Shown: positions 12,576-25,814, numbered from the stretch's first letter. The stretch is DNA of 64,000 bases from the human T2T-CHM13v2.0 reference genome, Homo sapiens (GCF_009914755.1 NC_060945.1), one strand, 5' to 3'. The notes: a model not told the origin generated them from the letters alone. Program-made: numbers and translations.

Positions 12576-13656
12576 GTAGCACTATTTTGTTAACCATATT
12601 TTGAAATTGATAATAGTGATTTTGTACTGACAATGTGGGGAGGAAAGTTGCTAAACAGCTATAATATTTCAACAATGAAACAACAGCTTTTCTGAAAATC
12701 ATAGGATAGAAGATCATATTGCTTGGTAGCTTGGAAAACCATTTACAGGAAGAATAAACTTACTAAAAGAGGACACCAATTTTTGTTTAACTATAAAGTA
12801 GATGCTTGAGACATGTGGCTAAATAAATGGACCAAAATATATAAAGAAACAATGACCCATATTTCTTAGAACATAGCTGTAATTTTCCAATAGACAGTAA
12901 AAGGGAAGTGATGACACTTCACTCAGTATTGGGTTGAATCATATTAAAAGTAACATTTTGGTAGGCAAAGCTGATCTCATAAAAGCAGTTTCATATGGTT
13001 TAAGATAATACTAAATAGTGACGTTGCAGTAATTAATTCTTAACATATGAGTTTTATGTAATTTATCACGTTATAGTGTTAGAAAAATAAGTTCTTAACT
13101 GAACACAAATTAGTACTTAAAGTAGCTTCTTAGAATTTGTTTGCTTAAGACTGTGATAAACCAGATCACTAGTAATAAAACTGATAATTATGAAATTAAC
13201 AATTTGATCTTTGGCTATATTTTAGGGAATACTTTCTCATAAAAGATAATTAAGTATTAGTTGAAATAAAGTATTTAATTTCAAGGTTATTGCTTTGTAA
13301 TTGATTTCCTTTTAAGAGGAAAGTAAACTCAATTTATATTAAAAGTAGACAATTGTATTTTTATGCCCCTTGAAAAAAAAATTGTTGTTTTAAATAACCA
13401 CAGGATCATTAAGTTACATCCTTTGTGGAAGAAGGGTCCCAGGCCAGGATTTTAAAACTCTATGTACTGGCTGTCTTTTAATACAAGATATTTTGGGAAT
13501 GTATTTTCATTTTTCCCACAAAATATTATTTATTTCTCTAACTGAAAATTTATAAAAGCTACACTTTCCTTGGTATATTGGGAGACTAAGGCCCTGAGCC
13601 AATCAAATCTAATTCTGTGCATAAGAGAATATTTTAAATACACATACCCTGGCATG

Positions 13657-13694
13657 AACACACACATGCACACATACACACACACAGACACACT
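13657..13694. repeat. Imperfect (CA)n
   Basis: 'acacacacatgcacacatacacacacacagacacac'. Confidence 0.8.
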
Positions 13695-13829
13695 CAGTAG
13701 CAACAACAAATAGCATGCCCTGATAGCCCTTTTTCTGAACAGGAAAAAAAAAAGAAAACCTTTCCTATTAACAAATAACACTAATTTAACTGCAGTGTTT
13801 TCTGTAAGAATTTCTTTTTTTTTAATTAT

Positions 13830-14000
13830 TTTAAATATTTTATTTTTAAATAGGTAATATGTGCATGTGGGGAAAAAAAAGTTAAAGGCACAAGAGAATA
13901 AATGGTAAAAGTTGAATCTCTCACCCTCAAGTCTCCCAGTTCCTTTCTCCAGAGTTAACTCCTGTGAACTTTTTTTGAAAATCATCCCAGACATATTTGA
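13830..14000 (-). mobile_element. L1ME-like 3' end fragment
   Basis: 'aaataggtaatatgtgcatg...ccagagttaactcctgtgaac...cccagacatattt'. Confidence 0.55.
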
Positions 14001-14020
14001 TGACAGCTGAACAGCTATTA

Positions 14021-14336
14021 CAGCACAGCCCAGCAGAAAGAAAATGCAATCCACGAAAATGCAATCCACGTAAGCAAGTGAAAATTTTCTAGTAGCTATA
14101 TTTTAAAAGTAAAAAGAAACAAGTAAAATTAAATGTAATATTTTATTTTATTTAAACTAATAGAGGCAAGATGTTATCTTGAAATGTAAGCAAGACCAAA
14201 ATATTAATGAGATATTTTACATTCTTTTTCTCTACTAAGATTTTGAAATCCTACGTGTAGTTTATACTCAGAGTACATCTCAATTCAGACCAGCCACATT
14301 TCAATGTAAAAAGTGGTCACTGTAGTAGACAGCATG
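14021..14336. mobile_element. MER33 (hAT-Charlie MITE)
   Basis: 'aaattttctagtagc...taatgagatattttacattc...acatctcaattcagaccagccacatttcaa'. Confidence 0.85.
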
Positions 14337-14614
14337 GTTCTATAAAGTTCTATAAAGTATAAGAATCTTTAAAAAGAAAAAAAGTACAAAGAATCTCTTT
14401 AAAAATCCTTTCATACAAAATACATTGTTCTTCATGTTCTTACTGTTCCAAACATTGTTAGAGTCATATACCTATAAGTTCACATATTATAAAAAGATAG
14501 AAAATACAGAGAAAAAGTTTTAATCACCTATAGTCCTGTTTTAGTACAAAGCTAGTTCTGAACCTCAAGGAATAAGTATATAATATAAATACATTTCAGT
14601 CAAAAACGCATAGG

Positions 14615-14705
14615 TCTTTAGTAAGTTGTGTACACTAAACATGCACAGCATTTGTATGTTAATTAGACCTCAATAAAGTGGTTGGTTTTTTTTCTTTAAA
14701 AAAAT
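14615..14705 (+). mobile_element. Short L1M 3' terminus
   Basis: 'tgtacactaaacatgcacagcatttgtatgttaattagacctcaataaagtggtt'. Confidence 0.6.
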
Positions 14706-14868
14706 GAAATAATTAAAACCACCATTTCCCAAGCAAAAGCAAACAACCCCAAAACTCCTAAGTCTAAGAATGCTGCCCAAGATATCATTCAGTTAAAATT
14801 ATTATTGTGAAGTAAGGGACTTCACTAACCAATAATACATGTGTATATTTTTGTTTGAAATGTGAAAT

Positions 14869-14871
<3 letters not shown>

Positions 14872-14908
<37 letters not shown>

Positions 14909-14925
14909 TTCTCTCTCTCTTCTCT
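14872..14925. repeat. (CT)n polypyrimidine microsatellite
   Basis: About 14 perfect TC units followed by interrupted units. Confidence 0.95.
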
Positions 14926-14929
14926 TGCA

Positions 14930-15230
14930 AAGAGAGGGCCAATGGCGGGTATCGTCAACAGCTGTTTTGGGGTTTGGATTTATTGTTTTATTCTGCTTGG
15001 GGTGGGGGCCCTGTAGTACATTTGACTGAACAAACAGCACGCCTTGCTTTGAAACAAGGGTGAGCAGGCTTATTCTTTGCCTGGAGCCAGTTTGTGCCTT
15101 CATACAGCTGTGTTTGGATATGTAGATATGGTACAGAAATTTGGAAAATTACCACGTGAAATTATTGTTTATCTTTTCTTCTCAGGGGAACAAAGTTTTG
15201 AATAAGCTTTTCATTGACGAATAAAAATCT
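14930..15230. promoter_or_regulatory. Candidate cis-regulatory cluster
   Basis: CCAAT at 14939-14943 overlapping an ATGGCGG YY1-like core, CAGCTG twice, CACGTG at 15153, CTTTGAA, retained CpGs, non-repetitive. Motif evidence only. Confidence 0.35.
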
Positions 15231-15279
15231 CAGTGTCTAGTTAACTACAAAGTATGCAATATAAAATCATGTGATTCTG

Positions 15280-15460
15280 TGCCATGGAAAGAACACCAGG
15301 CCTGGATTCAGGAATGTTCCGTGTCAGTCCTCACTCTCACCTGGGGCAAACTTCTAGTGGGACCTCTAGGAGCCCACTCAGCCGGCTGGGCCCCATCTCC
15401 CTGTTCCCTGGATTAGGAGGCGGGACCAGGGATTTGTATAACAATCCTACAATTCTTCTT
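15280..15460 (+). mobile_element. Degenerate MIR
   Basis: 'tggaaagaacaccaggcctggattcagga' MIR 5' end. Confidence 0.5.
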
Positions 15461-15593
15461 GCCATAGATCCGTGCAATGTTTTCAAAACTTTCCTTTCAA
15501 AATAATGATTCTAAATCCTAGTTACAAGAAAATGTGTTATTCACAAAAGTACTATTGGATAAAATTTTTCTAACATCTCCTTATGGTTTACAG

Positions 15594-15868
15594 CAGGTAT
15601 TGGCAAACTGCAGCCTCCAGAGCTAACTGTTTCTGTATGGCCGTTGAGCTAATAATAGTTTTTATATTTTTAAATGGTTGGAAAAAATCGGAAGAAGAAG
15701 ATGTCATGACACATGAAAATTATATGAAATTCTAATGTTAGTGTCAATAAAGTTTTACTGAAAGCCAGCTACACTTATTCATCGATGTATTAACAGTACT
15801 GAGTGGTTGCAACAGAGACTAAAATATTTACCGTGTGACCCTGTACAGAAAAAGTTTGTTGCCTCTTG
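15594..15868. mobile_element. MER58B (hAT-Charlie MITE)
   Basis: Terminal 'caggtattggcaaact...agaaaaagtttgttgcctcttg'; internal 'gacacatgaaaattatatgaaattc', 'aataaagttttactg'. Confidence 0.85.
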
Positions 15869-15914
15869 ATTTACAGTGTTTGAAAACAAATGGTAATCTG
15901 CAGAAAGAATAGGT

Positions 15915-16150
15915 AACTTATAGTAAGGCACTTAGAATATGACAGGTACTGTACTAAGCGATGTGGGTGATTTTTAAAAATATGACCATCTTATGAAGTA
16001 GGTAGGAGTATCAGCCCCAATTTCGTGCATGAGGAAATTCAGGCTTGCCCATGTCAGGTACCCTCAGGCTTGCCACATTGCAAAAAAGTGGCAGAACCTG
16101 AATTTCACTCCAGGTCAAGCTGCAGAGCCCTTGTCTTCTACCTCTGCTCT
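15915..16150 (-). mobile_element. MIRb-like SINE
   Basis: 'caggtactgtactaagc...tatgaagtaggta...atgaggaaatt...aagtggcagaacctgaattt'. Confidence 0.7.
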
Positions 16151-16749
16151 AGACCATGGACCTTCCTCCACCTTTCACTCAAAAGACAGAGCTGTTTTGG
16201 CAATGCAGAAAGGACCAAACTGCTTCGGAACTCCCTGCCAACAAAAGTATTGGTGTCTTTAGGACTATTAAAAAGAACTTAAAATGATATATTTCACATA
16301 AATCCATCCATCTACAGAATGTGTAACAACGCAAAAGAAGAAAGTTAAAGTTGTATCTTCAAAATGCATTGCAATATTTCAGAAGCTGAGTGTCCTACTC
16401 AGTGTTACCAAAGTGCCAACTAATGGGCTGCTACCATTCCTGATCAAATTGTCACTGATACAAAGTAAAATAATAAAAAGAATAAAGACAATGTACTTAG
16501 TTTTTCATGGAACTAACTATTCAGCTTAAAGATAGTCCTGTATTGTGAGATTATATCCTTTCAAATTTTTGGTGTAAAATATAGTCTCCATTATGAATAA
16601 TCATGCCATACCTCAGGCTTTTTTCTTTAGTGTACTTGCTTGACAAAAGTAAAGCATAAACAACACTATTTTGGGCCTTTATTTGTTTTATTTTATTTGG
16701 AAATGTCTTGGTCTGTGGAATCCTAAAGTCTGGGAACCTCTGGTTTGAA

Positions 16750-17090
16750 TGTCTTTTGACCCAGTAATTCAATTTCTAGGAAATTATCCTCTGGAAATAA
16801 TATGTGGCATAAAAAACAATCTATAAGCAAAAACATACACTGCACCATTATTTGCAAACAGCAAAATTTCAAAATAAGATTGTGCAATCCTCAAATTATG
16901 ATATAGTCATGTAATAAAATAACATGTGGCCATTACAAGTCTTTTGTGTAATGTATCTAGTGCCATGGAAAATGCTCACAATATAATGCTAAGGGGTTAA
17001 AAAAAGCAACACAATTCTATGATAAAATATGATTGCAACTATGAAAATTAAATGTATAATCATAATATCTTATTAAATGTCTAAATGTAG
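16750..17090 (+). mobile_element. L1ME-like fragment
   Basis: 'tttgacccagtaattcaatttctaggaaattatcct...catggaaaatgctcacaatataat'. Confidence 0.7.
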
Positions 17091-17913
17091 GCACAGTTAC
17101 GGTTTTTTTTTTCAGATCAAGAATGTTTTTTTCAACTTCTTTTCCAATCAGTCTGGGCTTTTTTTATAAGCAGCCATAATTGCAGGTGAAATCTGTTTTG
17201 TTTTTGTTTTTTTTTTTTTTGGTGCTTTTGCCTTCTGTTTTTTCTCCCATTATTCTCATCTTTTTGTCTTTTACTTCTGTGTCCTGGGAGAGCTCTAAAT
17301 GTTGATGCTATTGTCTGTGGTGTCCATTCCGCAGCCAAGGTGTGGAATGAAGCCTTTGATTCTATTTGACATTTGGTTTCTTTTTGATCCTTCTTCTTCC
17401 AATCATCATTGTCATCTCTTCACAGTTTCTGCAGCTGTTCCAGAGATATCATATATATTTGCATGCTTATTGTCAAATTATTTTCTTCTTGTTACCTTGG
17501 TAAATAATGTTTAGAAGGCTTCCACTGAATGGCATTCCTCAGAAGGACATTTCTTTCCTCTTGACCTAGAGCAATTTTTAGTAGGCTGTGTTTGATCTTG
17601 TTTATTCTTAATTCAAGAGACATCTCAGCAGATCCAGTATTTGCCGACAGGGGAGGTGGCCTCCTGTTCCTCTCCTTTCTCCCTGCCTGCATGGGGATGG
17701 TCCAACCCCTCTCAGACCCATAGCTGGAGAGTTGGTGGACTTCAAGATCCCTCCCAGTGTTCCGCAGTGTGCATCCACTGGACTGAGGCAGGGTTTTCCC
17801 CAATACCTTCGGGGTTTCTGCCACTGTGAACAAATAGGGACAACAAGCTCCCCAGGCTGTAGGATTGTGAGGCCTCTTAGCATCCCTTCTGAACCTCCAC
17901 CACCCATCCCCAC

Positions 17914-18958
<1,045 letters not shown>

Positions 18959-19043
18959 CCAAGCCCTTCTTGACTTGAAGACTGAGTTCAGAAGTCCAGA
19001 CTGATCTCCTCCAGAAAGCCTTTTCTGGGTTAGATGGCCTTTC

Positions 19044-19162
19044 TAGGGTGACAAACTATCGTGGTTTGTCTGGAACTGAGGGGGTTTCTGGGATGCAGGA
19101 TTTTCCATTCTAAATAAAACCAAGAAAGTCTTAGGCAAATGGGGACAAATTAGCTGCCCCAT
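19044..19162 (-). mobile_element. MER81 (hAT-Blackjack MITE)
   Basis: 'tagggtgacaaac...ggaactgagggggtttctgggatgcagga...ggcaaatggggac'. Confidence 0.75.
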
Positions 19163-19230
19163 CTTTCTCAATCTTCCTGTAACTCCTTGCACATATCTTT
19201 CTAAAACTGTTCTTCCTAAATGTATAATAG

Positions 19231-19604
<374 letters not shown>

Positions 19605-20223
19605 AATGAATGAATGATAAGAGCACTGCCAAATCTCTTCAGGGTTACCTTTGCATAAATGCCTCCATCTACTCCACATTCATTCCTGGACAGCTACATT
19701 CTGGGTACTTTGCTCCAATTAATAGCTTTCACGTCCTCTCAACTTAGGAACCAGAGGCCTCAAAGTGACATTACTCTAGAACTGTTGTATGTAATACCCA
19801 CTGTATTTCACAAACACACCAAAAGTAAACCATAACTGCTCAGCATGCTAACAAAGTAGTTTTCCAAGAATCAAAATTTGACATTCATCAAGTCTCTTGG
19901 AAAAATAAATTTCACCTGAAAGTGGTTTGGTTGTTGCTTTTTTAAAAATACAGCCTTCATATCAGAAGCTGCTATAAGTCCCCCTTCTTAATTGATAGCA
20001 TATAAATAGAAAAGTGATCCATTTAAAGAATACTAAAAAAATTCTTTCGAATCCTTCCTAAAAAAATGATTCAAGAGCATCTTGGAGTAACTCTGTATTA
20101 AGTGAATAGTGTCAATCTACTTCTCACAGCTTTTTGAAAACAATGAGATATCTGCTCAGAAAAATATTATTCTGATAAATTTTTAAAAATATATTCTGGA
20201 TTATATAAATTATATATGTTTAA

Positions 20224-20523
<300 letters not shown>

Positions 20524-20684
20524 TAATTTTTAAAATAAGAAAATATTAATGATTAGAAAGAAAGGAAAGAAAAACTAACCCACAATTATACCACTCTTAA
20601 CACAGTTAAATGGACATCTTTACAATATATAACTATAATTATCCAAAAGAATATTAATATCTATAGTATTTACTGTATAAAAAA

Positions 20685-20950
20685 ACAGTTTTCATTATTA
20701 TTAACAATTCTGTAAGGAATATCATGTTAACCAAATATTTGTGTATATCCTTATCCGTTCCCTTAGAATAAATCCTTAAAAGTGGGATTTTCAGGTCAAG
20801 TTATATTTTGAAATTCTTTTGTTTTAAATGTTTCATATGTTTTTCCTAGTCATATATTTTTGATGTCAATGAAAATATTTATTAGCTATGATCATTGTGT
20901 ATGGACTTGTATGGCTATTTTTCATTCTTTTCTAATTTTTACAATTCAAT
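20685..20950 (-). mobile_element. L1ME-like fragment
   Basis: 'ccttagaataaatccttaaaagtgggattttcaggtcaa'. Confidence 0.55.
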
Positions 20951-21524
20951 GAGAAAGATAATTTTATTGTAGATCAAGAATCTTTTTGATGACAAAATGT
21001 TTACTTTTACCTAAAAGAGAATTATGATGAAGTTATTGCATCTTAAGTTAGGTATAAAAATTATCTCTATATTTACACTGCTTAGGAGAAAAGTAATTTG
21101 AAAATGTAGGGTGGAGATGAGTGAGTTAAATGTACCAACAGTATTTTAGCTGTCTCACTGCAGAGACATTCCAAAATCTTGCAGCACAAGAAATACTTTG
21201 AAAGTCGGCCTTAAACTTAATCCCATAGGAGTGGGGCTTGGCAAACAAGTCAGCATCTTTCTTGTAACCCTAAGAAGTTCACAGATTCCAGTAAGCTTCC
21301 ATGCATTTTGCAATCCAGATTCTACTCCATGAATCTTTCGAGTTTATGAAATTTCCTAATACATCCTACAAACGCTCTCACTGCCGTCTGTCTCTCAATC
21401 ATAGAAGTACCATATCAATTTATAGTCTCCAAAAGTCAATAAAGCCTCCCCTCCCCCAAGTAATGGGGAGAAGGATCTGGAATCACTTTATGAAGTGTAC
21501 TTAATAATAATATGACAACAACAT

Positions 21525-21978
21525 GCCACGTTATCACAGCTCAAACTAAGCTGAGACAGCCTGGTCAGTACTTGGCTATCTTTGAAACAAAATCACATTC
21601 TTCAGGAAGTGGTGTTGGTAACTCAATAAGCAGCAGCTGTTCCTGGGTCTTTGAAAAAAATGTTTCATCATTTGACCAGTATTCAGTATCCAGCATTATG
21701 TCCCATTATAACTGATGGCCAACATGGAAAACCTCTGGGCAAATAAATACATGAAAATAAAAATTGCTCTTAATCTGAGGATCCCATCTCAATTTAAATG
21801 TACTCTGTTCACATCAATTTCTCTGTAATGTTAATTTGCACTTATTACCCAGAAATTCCATACACATAAAATGATTGCTTCATTCCTTCCAATCTTTATA
21901 ATGAGCACTCCATCCCTGTGCCATTTAAAAGCTTTCTAAAGACCCTTTTAAAAGGAAAGGTGATATCACTGAATGTAA
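21525..21978 (+). mobile_element. AmnSINE1-like ancient 5S-headed Deu-SINE
   Basis: Colinear matches to the AmnSINE1 consensus as I recall it: 5S-derived 'ctaagc...GCCTGGTCAGTACTTGG' (21559-21575), 'CAGGAAGTGGTGTTGGT' (21603-21619), 'gatcccat' (21780-21787), and a 3' tail 'atccctgt...aaagc...gaaaggtgatat...aatgtaa' (21912-21978). Confidence 0.75.
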
Positions 21979-23019
21979 TGTTTATTTACAAGACAGTATG
22001 ATCCCAGGCTTCCAGATGCTCGGTATAAATAAGAACCCAGAAACATGCGCTGCATTTAATAGAAATTTGAGCCCATCAATTTTACATGATCCTACCAAGA
22101 AGAGTGTAGAATGCTAATGATGCTAATGAGAACTTGATGTTGACAGAAGATTCATTTATAAATAAAAATGTCCAGAAAGATTATTACATCAAAGGATGGT
22201 TTGTCAATATCCACCCCACAGTAGGCCTATCAAGATGATCAACCGCAGTTTCAATAACAATAATAAAAACAATTATGATTCTCTGTACTAATGTAGCACT
22301 TTTCATCAGTGGACCGAAAAAGATCTGTATTAAATGATCTTCAGAGCCCTTGACCACCTGGGCTTGAAGTATCCCCTTGGAGGAAGAATCTAAATCAACA
22401 TCGTGTTCATTATTATGCTGAAATGGCTTTAGCAATCCTTGCTCAGCCAGTGGCATCTCACACTGTGTGCACCACACCCACATGACAAACAGAAGAGTCC
22501 TCTGGAAAGGAGAGAGGGTGGCAAAATCCAGCTTGTGCTTCCAGTCCGATTCTTTCCTATGCCTTACTTCCCCCAAAATACCTATGGAGCTGAGACGTTC
22601 AGGGTTTATACAGTCCATATATAATTATTAAAATGTATACATTATGCTTTAAAGTTAGTAGGGGTCTCTACTCATTTTTAAGGAAAAACAAAAAGCTATG
22701 TTTTTTAATCGAGCTTGAGTAGTAGAAATACACATGGAAGGACAATTCATAAACTACTGTGTATTCTCTTCTATTTTGACAGGTTACGGCTGTCACAAAC
22801 TTTGGTATGATATTAGAAAAAATTTAATTTATTGCCGCTTGTCATAAAGATGCCAACTCTGCCAGCCTCTGATACAATTTGGATGTAAATATTTAGTGAC
22901 AGATGAGGAAACTCACTCAGAGAGCTTCCTAGGTCAGATTTTCACCATTCTCCTTTAACAAAGGCAGAGATGATCTTGGGCAGGCTGATAGGACAGCAAG
23001 TAATCCTCTGGCAGGAATG

Positions 23020-23255
23020 GAAATGAAGACAAGTATGAGGCATGGTTGAAGAAAATGAATAAATAGGGAAAAGGGGACTCAAAGACATAATAACTGCTTC
23101 AGGTGTGCAGAGGGCCATGATATGAAAGAAGTAGATGCTTGATCATTACCATCCTGAAGAGGCAGAGCCAAGGCCAGTATGAGGACACCCACTGGTGGAC
23201 GTTTCACTTCCCAGTGACGAAGCAAAAGTCATGACTATTCAACAGAGTTGAATCA
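23020..23255 (+). mobile_element. L3/CR1 LINE fragment
   Basis: 'tatgaggcatggttgaag...cttcaggtgtgcagagggc...gaggcagagccaaggccagt' follows the L3 ORF2 3' region. Confidence 0.6.
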
Positions 23256-23299
23256 TCAGGAACAAGAAAGGAGAGAAGGTATAGGTGTGCTCACTATGT

Positions 23300-24130
23300 A
23301 CTCACTAATTCCACAAACATTTGCTAAGCATGTATTCAGTGTTGGGCACCATGCAAGACGCTGTAGATACAATGGTGAGGAAAGACAAATATGGCATGTC
23401 TTATCTTGGATCTGGTGGTCTGGTGAGGATTCTGGGCATCACACACATCAATGCAGAGCCCCAGCTTCAGCGCATCCTGTTAAGGGGCAGTGGGTGGACT
23501 GTGGGGCTGTGAGGCTGACCTAGTGTTGAGTTCAGAGAAGCTTCCCTAAGACAGAAACACTTGAGATGAGATCAAACTAAGAGGAGAAATAAGGCAAGTT
23601 AAAAAGCACAGGGAACAAAAAGGATTCCAGAGAGAGTTAGAAATTCCAGTTTGAGAAAACGGAAGAAACAGGAAGGGGTAAAAGAGCCCTTTCAGGTCAC
23701 ATTTGGGAATTTTGCCTTCTTTTAGGAAAAAACATAAAGTCATTAAAGATGGTGCTGTGGTTTGACCGTGTACCCCACAAAGAATTTATTGGAAACGGTA
23801 ATCCCCGATGCAACCATGTTGGGAGATGGGGCCTAATGGGAGGTGTTTAGGTCGTGAGAACTCCACCCTCATGAATGTATCAAAGCTGAATATACCAGGG
23901 CTCAGGGCTGGGAGTTCAATCTCTTGCTATCTCTGGTCACTGTCTTGCCCATCCACCTCCCTCCATGGGATGACAGCACCAAAGCTGGGGAGGCATCTTT
24001 TTGAGAAGTAAAGGGGTGGTGACCTGGTCACATTGCTACTTTGAAAAAGTCAAATTAGGTATAGGATGGAAAGTGGATGGAACAGGCCAAGGTCTATCCA
24101 AGGAAGCAGAAGGGGTCTGCCCTAATGTCA
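23300..24130 (-). mobile_element. L2 interrupted by an MST LTR
   Basis: 'acaaacatttgctaagcat...gtagatacaatggtga', 'gagaagcttccctaag...cttgagatgagat'. Confidence 0.75.
23753..23978 (+). mobile_element. MST-like LTR, 3'-truncated
   Basis: 'tgctgtggtttg...tggggcctaatgggaggtgtttaggtcgtgag...ccctcatgaatg...ccatgggatgacagca'. Confidence 0.8.
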
Positions 24131-24965
24131 GATGCTCCTGGATCTAGAATAACTTTTGCTTCATGCACTTACTAATTTAGTCAGTGTTCAACATGTTAAA
24201 TGATATTTTGAAAGTAGAAATTAGATTTTATGGCATCAAAATAACTTGTTAGTGTCTCTGATATTACTGCTGTGGTTGCCAACAATATTTCCTTTAGACT
24301 TCAGGAATATTATTCTGTGTTCTTAGCAATGTCAAGATAATGTAATTGAAATATGTCATAAGTTATTCTATTAATTATCAAAATAATCAAAAGGAAAGAC
24401 AGCATTTATTGATACCATTTATTGTCTTATCCAGTTGTATGCCAGATTTCAGAAAACAGCAGAATGAAGTTAACCTGAAGAATTAGTTGTTTGAAAAACC
24501 TGCAAAACTTAGCATGAACTTAAATTTTCTCACCTCTGTAAGTTACATTATTTCTTGTGATGACACGTACTTAATACACAAATGAAGCGAGCCCATGATA
24601 GCTTTTACATAGATATTACAAATAAATGTGTTTATAAAGATTTTATGGAACAGTATGGAGAAGTAAAGGAGTTGCTATAACTCAAAGGTATTTTCTATAA
24701 GTGTCCAGAAAGCAATGTCAATAATTTCCTAGGGCTGGTGGTTAAATCAATGTGAGTGAATGTTATTATTCCCTCGTAGAAATATGTTATGCTTTCTACA
24801 AAGAACATGTATGCAAAGCTATTCCTAATTATTTATTTATTTATTTTTTAACAGTGGTTTATTTTGTGGCTTAACCCAGTCACTTACAACAAACTAAATG
24901 AGCTAAGGATGAGTTTTTGTTATATATATGCATGTATGTTTACTTATAGGTTAAGCCTTTGTTGT

Positions 24966-24989
24966 GGGTGGAGGGTGGGGATATGTGGG
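24966..24989 (+). other. Canonical G-quadruplex-forming motif
   Basis: GGG-TGGA-GGG-T-GGGG-ATATGT-GGG fits G3+N1-7 x4. Confidence 0.6.
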
Positions 24990-25439
24990 AGGAAACTAAA
25001 GTAAAGGAACATGATGAATCCCACTTAGAATCAGAAGAAAGGGATGTAAACTTTTAGAGAGGGCTATGGTTGAACAGAATAATACAATGCAGTATTCTCG
25101 TTTTGCACGCGCTTTGCCATGGTATGAGTCTAGTTTGACATCTGACATTTTGACAAAATGAAAAACAAAAACAAAAATATTAGCCAACAACAAAAACACA
25201 TACATACACTACTGGGATTATCCCGTTAGGGGATAAAGCTTTCAGTTGTGCAATAGGGATTGAGTGCTTAAGAATAACAGACACACAAGAGCGTGGGCAC
25301 GTTTCCCACCTTCCATCCACACTGTGAGAACAGACACAGAAACACACCTGGAGGCCCCTGGGCTGCAGGGGGAACCCATGAAAGGAGGATACTGTCTTCC
25401 TTAGAGATCTCCAAATTGTGTGCTCAAATTCTTCAATCC

Positions 25440-25600
25440 ATTCCCTCATACATTCATTCATCATTTATTTAACAAATATCTATCAATCATCTCCAGCATG
25501 CCAGGCCCTGTTTCAATGATTCTGACACATGCCACGGGGTGAATGAATGAAGCAGATGGCACTGCGCCCATTTTACAGGTATGGAAAGGGACAATAAAGG
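25440..25600 (-). mobile_element. L2 3' end
   Basis: 'cattcattcatcatttatttaacaaatat...atgccaggccctgtt'. Confidence 0.7.
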
Positions 25601-25682
25601 ACCAAGGGGTGACAAAGTGGAAACTGAGGCCAGGGTCCCAGGTATCTTGCTCAATATTTGTTTGCTTTGGTTTAGTTTAGAA

Positions 25683-25814
25683 CAGTGATATTTTAACCAC
25701 GGGTGATTTTGGCTTCCGAAGGGCCAGGGTTTCTGCTACAGTGCACAGAACAGCCCCAACAACAAAGAATGATCAGGAGCAAAATGTTGATAGTGCTGCT
25801 ATTTAGAAACCCTG
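25683..25814 (+). mobile_element. MER20, internally deleted
   Basis: 'cagtg...ggtgattttg...tacagtgcacagaacagcccc...acaaagaat...aaaatgttgatagtgc...agaaaccctg'. Confidence 0.8.

Noticed and set aside
13530-14069. 179-aa minus-strand ORF
   Set aside because: Runs through MER33, an L1 remnant, poly-A/T runs and a (CA)n tract; the composition is low-complexity.
14040-14069. 15-bp tandem duplication gaaaatgcaatccac
   Set aside because: A duplicated motif is present at this position in the MER33 consensus as I recall it.
17100-17640. Possible HAL1/old L1 antisense fragment
   Set aside because: T-rich and suggestive, but I found no diagnostic motif I can defend.
21530-21580. 5S rRNA gene or pseudogene
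   Set aside because: Only the box A/C region resembles 5S, and it continues into AmnSINE1-type body and tail sequence, so it is better explained as a SINE head.
22184-22618. 144-aa ATG-initiated minus-strand ORF in unique DNA
   Set aside because: No recognisable homology or coding-like composition; cannot be supported without PhyloCSF or Ribo-seq.
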